From assembly GCF_964355755.1 (NCBI RefSeq), contig NC_092680.1, forward strand, positions 8,370,001 to 8,434,000: DNA of 64,000 bases, written 5' to 3'. Both the position numbers and the translations under genes were made by a program. Below are positions 53,985 through 64,000 of the stretch, piece by piece. The first letter of the stretch is position 1. The number at the start of each line of letters is the position of its first letter. The notes under the pieces are model-generated. The model did no database searches. It was not told the origin of the DNA and saw only the letters and a list, made by a program, of their open reading frames with translations. Origin of the DNA: Antedon mediterranea. Lineage: Eukaryota; Animalia; Echinodermata.

Positions 53985-54615
53985 CAAAATGGCCGCCGGC
54001 GGCAATGCAATCAAAGACGTTATACCAATATGTTTGGTGACCCATTACCATATAATTTGCACCTAAAATCAGAACTCTAGGTGGCTTTTTAGCAGAGATA
54101 TACCTGAAAAGTGAAAATTTGAAGTCCGCCATTTTGAAATCCAACATGGCTGCCATGCAATCAAAATGTTAGTTATACCAATATGTTTGGTGACCCCATT
54201 ACTATATAATTTGCACCTAAAATCAGAACTCTAGGTGCCTTTTTAGCAGAGATGTACCTGAAAAGTGAAAATTTGGGGTCCGCCATTTTGAAATCAAACA
54301 TGGCCGCCATGCAATCAAAATGTTAGTTATACCAATATGTTTGGTGACTCCACTACCATATAATTTGCACCTAAAATCAGAACTCTAGGTGCCTTTTTAG
54401 CAGAGATATACCTGAAAAGTGAAAATTTGGGGTCCGCCATTTTGAAATCAAACATGGCCGCCATGCAATCAAAATGTTAGTTATACCAATATGTTTGGTG
54501 ACCCCACTACCATATAATTTGCACCTAAAATCAGAACTCTAGGTGCCTTTTTAGCAGAGATATACCTGAAAAGTGAAAATTTAGGGTCCGCCATTTTGAA
54601 ATCCAAAATGGCGGC
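53985..54615. repeat. 154-bp subterminal tandem repeats, ~4 units (right arm, inverted)
   Basis: Reverse complement of the left-arm unit. Confidence 0.93.
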
Positions 54616-54819
54616 TTTCCCCTGACCAAATTTTGTGCAACCCTTCCATTTCATGTTTTTGACACCCTAATGAATAACTGTGCAAAGTTTCAAAATATTA
54701 TCACAATTTGAAGGATTTGCCTAAAATATGCACCTTAACATGCCTACTAATACACTATAACACTATAAACATTATGTGACAACAAAATATTGTGATGTGT
54801 CCATATATGGACATGATGA

Positions 54820-54970
54820 GATGTTAATTTATTTTTTTAAGTAGTTTTACTATTTATACATATTTATATATTCTTTTTATCTAATATTGTAAAATACTAC
54901 TTATCAGCCTTTTGGCTGTCGTTGTATTAATGATTTCTTTTTTATGAATATAATATACCTGACTATATAT
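54820..54970 (+). mobile_element. Short L2-group 3' tail insertion with 16-bp TSD
   Basis: TSD tatatggacatgatga (54804-54819, 54971-54986); contains tcagccttttggctg and ends atgaatataatatacct, like 3410-3675. Confidence 0.7.
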
Positions 54971-56104
54971 TATATGGACATGATGATGTCATATTGTGGC
55001 TGGGTGGTGATGATGCTTGGCTACCAATTTTCCTGGGTTTAAGTCCTGTCATATGTCAAATTACAACTCCACTCATAAAGACTTGCAATAAGACTTTGAT
55101 AATGTAAAGAATCGTGTGTACTGTATATTATGTTTCTCTTGTGAACGGGATTGCCTCTTGAAGGATAGTGAATGAATTCGCTTATGGTTATCCTTGGCAA
55201 TTTGCCTAAATATATAAAAACAAAACAAACCATTTGTGGATATTACTACCATATTTTGGCACATCACACTTTTTTATGTCAAATTAATTTAATAGTGTAA
55301 ACATAATTTTAGTTCATACACATTGCGCTATAGGGCCTATTGTACACCAGGACAACTCTTGATTTCATAACATAGGCCTCGGTTGTTGCTATGCATCGTC
55401 ACCATCCGTTAGTTGTACGCAGATCACTAAGCTTATTTACGCTAGAATCAGTTTTAAAATAAAAAAAAAAGTATTCATTATGAAAGTATACATTAAGAGA
55501 GCTTTCGATTGTTTACAACCTTGCCATATGATCTCTCTTATTGTGTCATTGTGCGTCGCCTGAACGTAGAATCTGGTACGAGAAAATACGTACAAGTCAT
55601 CCCACGTGCCCGCTGAATTTACATGCGTACTTTCTTCTCATGCCCTAAATCGTCTTCAAGCGAAAGCATTATACAAATAAAAATAATAATTCACAGCAAC
55701 ATATACAATAAATACCCTTGTTTGAAACCTATATGTATGTCTTTCCCCTTTGGGTCCCCACGCTCATTATCGATAATTCAAGATGAAATGTGATATTGAA
55801 ATATATACGGTGGATTCAGACACGAACACGAAAATGACCTATCACGTGACTAATCTTTATTTCGATTTTTCATTTGTATAAAAACATTTACATTAATATC
55901 TACTATTTCTACTTTCTTAAATGAGCTTTTTCTTCATTTAAATGATGAAATTTTGTATATTATAAATATATTCGCAATAATTGTGATGACATTTAACAAC
56001 TATTGTAGGTTTATATTGGGTATTTTGAGAATTGCACCGATATTTTAGATATTACTATCATCATGGTATAAGAAGACTGAGACTGGTAATCTTACCTGCT
56101 GTTA

Positions 56105-56622
56105 CCATCATCATCAATCATCATTATCATCATCACAAGTCATCATCATCATCATCATCATTATCAACAGTCATCTTCATCATCAGTTCATCGTCATCAT
56201 CATCGTCAGTCATCATTATCAGTCATCATCATCATCGTCAGTCATCACCATCATCAGTTATCATCATCATCAGTCATCAACATCGTCAGTCATCATCGTC
56301 AGTCATCATTATCATCATCATCAGTCATCGTCAGTCATCATCATCATCGTCAATCGTCATCATCAGTTATCGTTATCAGTTATCATCATCAGTCATTATC
56401 GCCATCATCATAAGTCATCATCATCGTAAGTCATCATCATCATAAGTCATCATCATCGTCAGTCATCATCATCAGTTATCGTTATCAGTTATCATCAGTT
56501 ATCGTTATCAGTTATCATCATCAGTCATCATTATCAGTCATCATCAGTCATCAGAAGTCATCATCAGTTATCATCATCATCAGTCATCATCATCATCAGT
56601 CATCATCATAAGTCATCATCAT
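56105..56622. repeat. Compound (TCA)n microsatellite interrupted by CAGT/CGT units
   Basis: Directly visible. Confidence 0.97.
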
Positions 56623-57387
56623 TGCATTATTGCCTTCATATCTTCATTTATTGAGGATAAACCCCAATATTCATGCATTGCTGTGTGATATTTGGTTACA
56701 GTCTCAATGAATTTAATTTTGAATATGGCTTTGAGTAGTTTACCAAAATAATCAAGTTGAAAATGCAATACCATGTTCCAACTCTTTCGGTGACAAAGGC
56801 ATACAATTAAACCAAGTACCAATTATCGTTATACAAAATATATAGAAACAGTTTACTAATGCTAAATGGAAAAGATGGCCATTAAGTCAAAAGAGTGCCT
56901 CTTAAAGAGTCGCTCCGGGTTTTCTTTGAATGAGGGTCTTACAATATGATTGGGTAACTACCTCGATTTTGTAACTCAAGCACGATGTTTTTTATTCACT
57001 CAAACGTACCACAGACTGTATTTTACTAAAACGTGTGTTGATTAATCTAACGGAATAGAATGTACATCTTATGCTTTACGTTAGATTTGTAGTTCGGTTA
57101 CAAATCAATGATTTCAGGCATCATGTCAACGTTATGGTGTACTATAGTGTGAATAGAGGGCGCTAAAGAACTGACCGACCTTGACATCATTTCTATCAGA
57201 TAATTCCTCCACGGCATATTTTGTCATTTAAATATCAACATTATGATTGTTTGGTGTGTTTATTATCGATGGAATTTATTATTATTTATTATTTATAACC
57301 AAAAGCAATCCTCCCAGATAGTCTTTCTAATTAAAAGCATTGGTAGTTACTGTACAAGCTTATATAGTAATTAATTACCCCGATAAG

Positions 57388-57675
57388 TTTTTTAGTCTCT
57401 AATGAGTTTACTATGTCGGTCGGAACTGGGAAAACAGAAGGAAGAAGGAGCAGGGGGAGAAAAAGAGTCACTTGTGGTTGGCCAGCATAGCTGAATGGAT
57501 TCGGAATAGAGGCGTGAATACCAAAGAAATGGAGTTGCTGAACATAGCAATAGACAGAGAATTGTGGCACAACATGATCGTCAAAGTCTCATGATATGGC
57601 ACTTCGAGAGAGAGATGTCGATCGGTTTGTCGGTCTTGAGCACGCGACGACTGCAGCCATGTATACGGCCTTGTT
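57388..57675 (+). mobile_element. Helentron/DINE-1-like element, copy 3 (split by an RTE insertion)
   Basis: tttttagtc...(tcgg)n...cacgcgac...gccatgtatacggc hairpin-cttgtt. Confidence 0.6.
57424..57614 (+). mobile_element. 5'-truncated RTE-clade LINE
   Basis: TGKTEGRRSRGRKRVT/WLASIAEW...ELLNIAIDRELWHNMIVKVS* is the RTE C-terminal signature; (GA)n tail; TSD atgtcg(g/a)tcgg at 57413-57423 and 57615-57625. Confidence 0.85.
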
Positions 57676-59637
57676 CCTACCCACCAAAGTTTTAACTATG
57701 TCCATGGAATCAATTTACCCCGGTAAATAACTAAACCCGGGTAGTCAATCAAGACGGAAGTGTTCCGTCTGCTTCTACTTTAATTGGTTGCCATACATTG
57801 CACAATTCACCCCGACAAAACTATCCTGCATCCAACCTTAAATATCATATCAATTGGGCCTAGTAACTAAATTGTGTTCAAATTATCTTTATGATTAATA
57901 TGATGGTATTATGTGTGACTCGATTAAAAAAATGTTTAATTTTTTCTCATATGTGACTGCATATAGGGATATTAAAAAAAAATATACAAGTGACATAATT
58001 TCACATGATTAGACATAAAAAAAAAATAAAAAAGAAAGCGAACTTCCTTTGTCATTAATTATGATTTCTTTATAACGAGATGAAGATAAAGAGAAAGTAA
58101 TCCTCAAAGCTGGATTATATATACAAACTTGATCAGATTGTACGCATTTGTGTTTCAATCCATAGGATGTAAAAACTGAATGTAAATCCTGAAATTTAAT
58201 GAGTTACAACATGATTCTGCAGTTGTCACTAGGTACATATTTAACAGACTATTGCAAGTCATCTAGATACAAGGCTACCGAGTGAAAGCTTTAGAATCGA
58301 GTGTAGGCCTAGTTCCTTTAATTTCAATGTAATGTGCAAGTGATACGGTTGTATAAATGATGCCGTTTTGTATTTGGTTTACATTTGTTATCTTTTTTTT
58401 TCATAAAAAACCGGTAATTACTAAATATTGTGTATACGGTATAATAGGAAATAGTGTAGATGTTACCTTTAATATTATTTTATGCGAGCTTGCTGAGAAT
58501 ATGATATATGGAATAAGTATCATATTGCAAACAAAGTAAATATAATTAAATTTTTTCTTTAGTGAAAATATATATCAGTTCAAATAAAAAAAAACCGTAT
58601 ACTATCAAGGTTTCATTCCGGACAAATAATGTTATAATGCAGTGCGTACGGTAACAAGTTATTCTGTTCCTCAGTTTAAAAGTAGCATTTATTAATTAAG
58701 CTCGTTTTCAACTAATAACGTAAATCATTTGACCAACAATCACAACCGATGTATTATTCGAACTATAGAGATTTAAGTGATTTGACCAATCACTGATGGT
58801 GGGTTATTCCAACTGTCGCTTGTCATTGGTCAATTCGCTTGCGCTGCGCTTACGTATTGACGAAAACCACAAAACACACAGGTTTTTTGTTTGTTTTTAA
58901 TGGCATAGTGACATAGTCGAACCATGGTTAAATTTCAATATTATTCTTATGTTGCGTTCACACGATATTAAAAGCTTAGTATAATATACTAAGCTTGTTC
59001 ACACCTTTTATTACACAGCTTAATGTACCTTGATTTATAGTATAGGTTGTTTCAGACTTGCGTATAACACATGGCGCCATAATAATTCCGTTATGTATAG
59101 GTACCGTAAATAAACGAACAATTAGCTGACAATATATCTATTTTAAGTCCACTTATATAAGTGTATAAGTGTGAAATGTCTTCTACATTTTACAAAATAC
59201 GGACTGATTGCTGATTTGTATTTCATAGACTCAGATGTTATTGGTTTATAAAGCGGATATGAAAAACATGTTTTTGAAATAGTTAAAATCAGTGAGTCTT
59301 TTATGGGATTCTCATTGACAACTTGACTGAACTCAATGTCAATATAATTTGTTTCTTTTCTTGAACTTGTATAGTCTGACAGTCAAAAAACACTCCTTTA
59401 TTTCCATATGTATTACTTATAGCATCAGTTCTAATTTGTTATATTGCTTATATTGAAGGTTAAATTATGAAGACTTATGCCGAAGTAACATGGGAAGCCA
59501 TACTGACGGATTCCTGGGATGACGTTTACGCCGACCGAATATATGATATATAGACTGTGTAACCTAAACTTAAAAATTTGAAAGATAAAAAATAACGTAA
59601 TACAATCATGGCATGATACCACACTTGTCGGTTGAAC

Positions 59638-59788
59638 TTAAGCCCTGTCTATATATACATTTAATTATCAAACTTTATGTGACAAAAACATGTTATGTGT
59701 ATCAAAAAATGGTGTCATATTACTACCATATTTAAGCATATCACTACCATTATTTAGGGCTTTTTTTTTATAGTTTAGACAGAGCTTA
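59638..59788. mobile_element. MITE family A, degenerate copy
   Basis: ttaagccctgtcta ... tagacagagcttaa ends; internal actaccatattt. Confidence 0.7.
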
Positions 59789-61707
59789 AGATGAATCTGC
59801 GATAAGTGAAGCCGGGAAAGCAAGCTAAAATTCTATAAATTATAAATATTACTTGATTGAAATGTATTCCTCTGATATTGGATATTTTCAATAGTTCAGA
59901 CGCTGCTAACCTTTTATAATTTCGTAAAAGGGTGGCTGTCAGATTGTCTTCCCATCTATATCAAGTTTTTACTCTAATTCTGTTTGATAATAAAACCTAA
60001 GTAGTGCATAGTAGTTTAAAATATGACAAGCATAGTCAGATTTGTCTACTAATGCAAAAACACGGGTATTCTATTTAGGCATGAAAAGATACAAAAACGA
60101 AGTACAAATTTTAAAAGATTATCTTATTAAAACGATCATTGAACTGAAAGAAAGGACGAAGATTTGTATTCTGTTGAAAATGAATAAATTAAGATTTTAA
60201 AGTATAGAAATGTAACCATGCCGTTTAGTGGTTAAGTTAAAAGAATACCCGTGGCCTGGGCCTACATGTTTATGATATTTATTTGTATAATGTCGTCGAC
60301 GCTTCAGTAACACATGCTTAAATTCGTCATTGTTGAGGCACTGGGTATAATCCACTATACAGTACCGATACATACACGATACTTTTTTACTTAGGAATTG
60401 CAATGTATATGCCTAATGCCAAATATACATTATAGCATGTATAAACATTGTTTGGTCTTCATTCACATTTGAAGTATTACTGACATGGTTCATTGTACCG
60501 TATGATGTCGATGATGTCGGTCAATAATCTTCTGTCGTACAAAATAACGAAAATCATCAATTTATTTGTACATATCTGGCTTGTTTAGAATGAAGCATAC
60601 CGGACTCCCGTACTTGCAGCGAACCGCGAATACTATTATTTATGTCCGTTATGCATTGCGTCATTCCAGTAATTAATCATGCATGAAGGAGAATGACTAG
60701 CGCCATCACGGTTTTATGTCCACGTTACATATTGCACGCGCCGTTATGTTATAACACTAAGACAGAATTTATAATAAGTGAAGTCGAGACGATGACACTA
60801 ATTTGTTTGATACATTTACTACTGTTAGTCTTTACAAGGAGACACACTGAAGCATTTGCACGTGCAACATGCGCGTGAAACGAAGTTGTCGTCGAGGATA
60901 TCGTCGACATCATCGTTGATCGTGACTAGAAAACGTCTGTTCAGCGTTATGATTTCATTTCATTTAGTATGCGTTGCCATGGGCTTGATTGCGTTTTACA
61001 CCCTGGTCAGATACACCGATTAGGCAGACATAGAATTGTACATATATTAATTATAGTGAGCTAACAATTATTTATAATGACAACGGGAGAATTAAAGCCG
61101 CTTTAAGACGCCCACACCGCAGGCAAAATATCGGTCATAATGGATTTAATGATAAATTATATACATTACTCTTTGGAGATAGGACTCTTCTGTTAAAAAT
61201 GAATAATGGTTACTTTGATATAGGATCATAATTTTTGTGTATACGTATGGCGTCGGTATGCTTCTTACTTCTTTGATGGCCATGTAAACGTGATATCACG
61301 TAATATGAGAAATTAGACAGAATAATGCCAGTGCATACCTAAGGTAGTACATGATAGTATTTTATTAAAAGAATGTATTATGCTCTTGGCTATTACAGTC
61401 GTTGATAATTGTCCTAAACATTTAATACTTCAAATTAGACAAGTGGTGTTTAAACAATAAATAAATTAAGCACTCAAAATCTGAGCAAAATACTGCAGAA
61501 ATGCAGAGAACGACATAGTATTTTAATATTTTTCCCAATTAAAGATTTTTAAAAAAACTCGAGATTTTTATAAATGCTTTGCCAGTATTATCCAATAATA
61601 AACATGATAATTATGAAATTGTAAGATAATCGTAGGCCTAAAGAATATGTTTTTGAGCCAGCCAAAATTAAGCCATTATAATACGTATTTGATCCCAAAA
61701 AAAATGA

Positions 61708-61785
61708 CCGGGGTAATAATGTTAGCGCTTAGAGGTTTCACAACATTAGGCGCTATATAAATCCAGGTTATTATTAATATTATGT
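61708..61785 (+). mobile_element. L2-type/SINE 3' tail fragment
   Basis: agcgcttagag...ggcgctatataaat...ttattatt. Confidence 0.5.
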
Positions 61786-61876
61786 TTTATAAATGTTCAG
61801 AGAACATAATAAAGTTAGGCTGACGGTTCGGTGGTAGATTCGGGACTCAAAATATAAAATGAAGTGATTATCTTTT

Positions 61877-62311
61877 TTTTTTATCTTATGTGGGTTCATC
61901 CCACTTTTATTTTCATACAAATGTTCTCATTACATATATTTTTCACTATACACTATATATATTATTATATTAACAATGTTTGTTTCATCATCTGGTTTTA
62001 AAGAGTTCATTGTTCATTTGTTTACATATTATCACATTGATTACATAGTTTCCTCTTTTTATACATATTATCTGTAACACATTTTCATTAACAAGCTTAT
62101 TTTTTCTTACATAGTTGTTTTTTTTTATATTCTCTGTTATACTAAATACTTACTAAATTTTTACTGTTAACATAAGATTTTTCTCATCCTTTTATTAATA
62201 TTTTTGTTTAAAAAACTTTATTTTCAACAGATTATCCTTTTTTGCATCTATAACTCATTAAATTTTCATTTAACTTTTTTTTGTCTTATGTGGGTTCATT
62301 CCACACAAAAA
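61877..62311 (-). mobile_element. Retrotransposed insert with 15-bp TSD and ~30-bp terminal direct repeat
   Basis: TSD aagtgattatctttt (61862-61876, 62312-62326); T-run plus tcttatgtgggttcat(c/t)ccac at both ends. Confidence 0.65.
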
Positions 62312-63342
62312 AAGTGATTATCTTTTGCATTGCAATGTTCTCTCCCTGGGAAAGATTGGAAAACAAGTTTAATAATTGATTTAAAATCGTGAAAAAATCA
62401 TGTTATGTTTTTTAGTTGGATTAAGTTGATTTCCTGAATAAATCAAATTAAAGACAATCTAAAACATGCATCTGATTAATTTGGATAAGTGTGATTGATA
62501 TAATATATTTTTAATGACCCACTTCATTCTCTAACGCGTTTAAAATTGTCATTTATGTCTGATTTTGGTCTCTTTAGCAAACGCAAGTAATGGATTTCTG
62601 AATAATGCGGCTAAAACGTTTATTCCGGGTCACTCACGTCATGCATAAAGCATAGATAGTTTACCGTAGCTCAAAGTAACCGAAATATTTGTTATAAAAG
62701 CATTACATAATAGAAAATAATTGAATATTTTCAAAACGTATGTTTGTTTGTGCTGGGCAGATTCTCGTATATTTCGTAAAAGGCCAGTACTAAATATGAT
62801 TTTTGTTAATAACTTATAATTAAGCCTTTCTAATTACATAACATTTCATTTGACAGTCACTGACTTAATTGAAATAGTAATGGAAAAAATATAGTTGAAA
62901 AACAACGGTGCCCTAAAACGGTTACACTGTGTATTTTTGACGTTTTTTTACAGCGAACATTACTAAATCGATGCATTCTGTGATTTGTCAGGCATGCACT
63001 AAAAGAGGCTTAATAAACTATAATATTCCGCATAATATCGCTCAAATAGAAGAATTTAAAAAGTTTTGTGCTGAATTCACGTTTGAGAAAACTTTTGGAA
63101 ATGGAGAAGAGTTGGTTAGCAGCCCTAATATGCAGTATTGTGTCTGTAATAGCTATCTAAGTTATAGTTTAGTTAATTTCCTTGCCGATGACGTCACATA
63201 CCGTTAAACATACTCTGGTAACAAAATGAACTTTAGTAAATAGCGCCACCATTACACTTTGTCCCGAATGTTTTGAGAATATCCTAAATTAATGACATCC
63301 ACAAAAATAAAGTAAATCCTAAAATGTTTAGGCGTGACAAAG

Positions 63343-63408
63343 AACAAGGCTATATACATGGTTGCATGCAGTCGCGTGCTCAAGTTAGTGTTTACCGACC
63401 AACCGACG
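63343..63408 (-). mobile_element. Helentron/DINE-1-like element, copy 4, truncated by an insertion at 63409
   Basis: aacaaggctatatacatgg...agtcgcgtg...agttagtgtttaccgacc matches copy 1. Confidence 0.6.
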
Positions 63409-64000
63409 CACAGTGGGCCAGAATCAATTCAAAGTGTGCCAAAAGTCCAAAATGGTAAATGTGGCATTCCGAACTTTTTAATATTGGATTAGGAAGAAGA
63501 CATCTTAAATTATATAAATCCACTAATAATTTTAATTTTTGTAAATTTTAATAGTGTCTTGTAACCATGGAAACTTGAAGAAACCATGGCATTTCACTTA
63601 AAATGAGCAAAAACAACAGTTTTGATAAATTCGCTGTTATTTCTTCTAGAAAAAAGCAATGGATTTGATACTGCATGAAATTGTTGTCTGTTATTAATAA
63701 TATTAGGGAGTAAAATAACATTTTCGATTATTGCTTTATTTTAGGGTTAAAAGTCACAAAATATAGCCCAAAAATACAAAAAAAATCGTATTTTTAAAGT
63801 AAAACCACTAAAGTAGTGTCGATTCGCGCGCTAATTTTGACATTAATATTTCGAGCAAAGCTTGAGCTTTACGTTAATACCAAATTTGGCTGCGAAAATT
63901 GGCGACATTGCATATAGGAAGCTATTTAAATGTCCCGTTTTAAAATAAATGTATAATGCATTTCCATTGACACATTGATGTACCGCAATCGCACGAACTT
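63409..64000. mobile_element. Probable end of a CACAGTG-terminated DNA transposon (Transib- or Chapaev-like); other end outside the window
   Basis: CACAGTGGGCCAG begins exactly where the copy-4 element stops, after the GC-rich 5-mer CGACG. Confidence 0.45.

Larger units (their letters stand above)
51034..54749. mobile_element. Academ-type (XPG + Cys8) DNA transposon derivative; fold-back of two 3' ends
   Basis: Termini TAGTAGGC(C/A)TGTTAAG ... CTTAACATGCCTACTA; 3-bp TSD ATA (51031-51033, 54750-54752); arms ~51034-52812 and ~53013-54749 are inverted copies that include nuclease coding remnants. Confidence 0.85.

Noticed and set aside
56032-56445. 137-aa His/Ser/Ile-rich ORF
   Set aside because: It is the translation of the (TCA)n microsatellite.
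60828-61023. CpG-rich open frame ending in a hydrophobic tail (possible terminal exon)
   Set aside because: There is no recognisable homology or upstream exon; it could equally be regulatory DNA.

Overview
AT-rich animal genomic DNA; the intron structure and repeat families suggest an invertebrate, and an echinoderm-like deuterostome is only a guess. There is one intact spliced gene, PPCDC (+ strand, 5 coding exons, 16181-23515, 199 aa, catalytic His/Asn/Cys retained). The rest is non-coding DNA dense in mobile-element remains: L2/CR1-group and RTE LINE 3' fragments, tRNA-derived SINEs, several MITE families, a MULE-like element with a 9-bp TSD and Helentron/DINE-1-like elements. Four things stand out. 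(1) A 3.7-kb fold-back element (51034-54749) is built from two head-to-head 3' ends of an Academ-type XPG/Cys8 transposon and carries its own ATA TSD. (2) A ~4-kb 74-bp minisatellite (26.8-30.75 kb) appears to have amplified from a frameshifted 84-bp (28-codon) LRR-like coding repeat. (3) TA-CCG-TA/TA-CAG-TA/TA-GGCC-TA motifs that look like transposon excision footprints are concentrated near the likely PPCDC 5' end. (4) A CACAGTG-started terminus with a 23-RSS-like spacing begins at 63409. There are no CRISPR, rRNA or true tRNA genes, and most short ORFs in the track are spurious. All family assignments come from motif recognition by eye; no searches were run.
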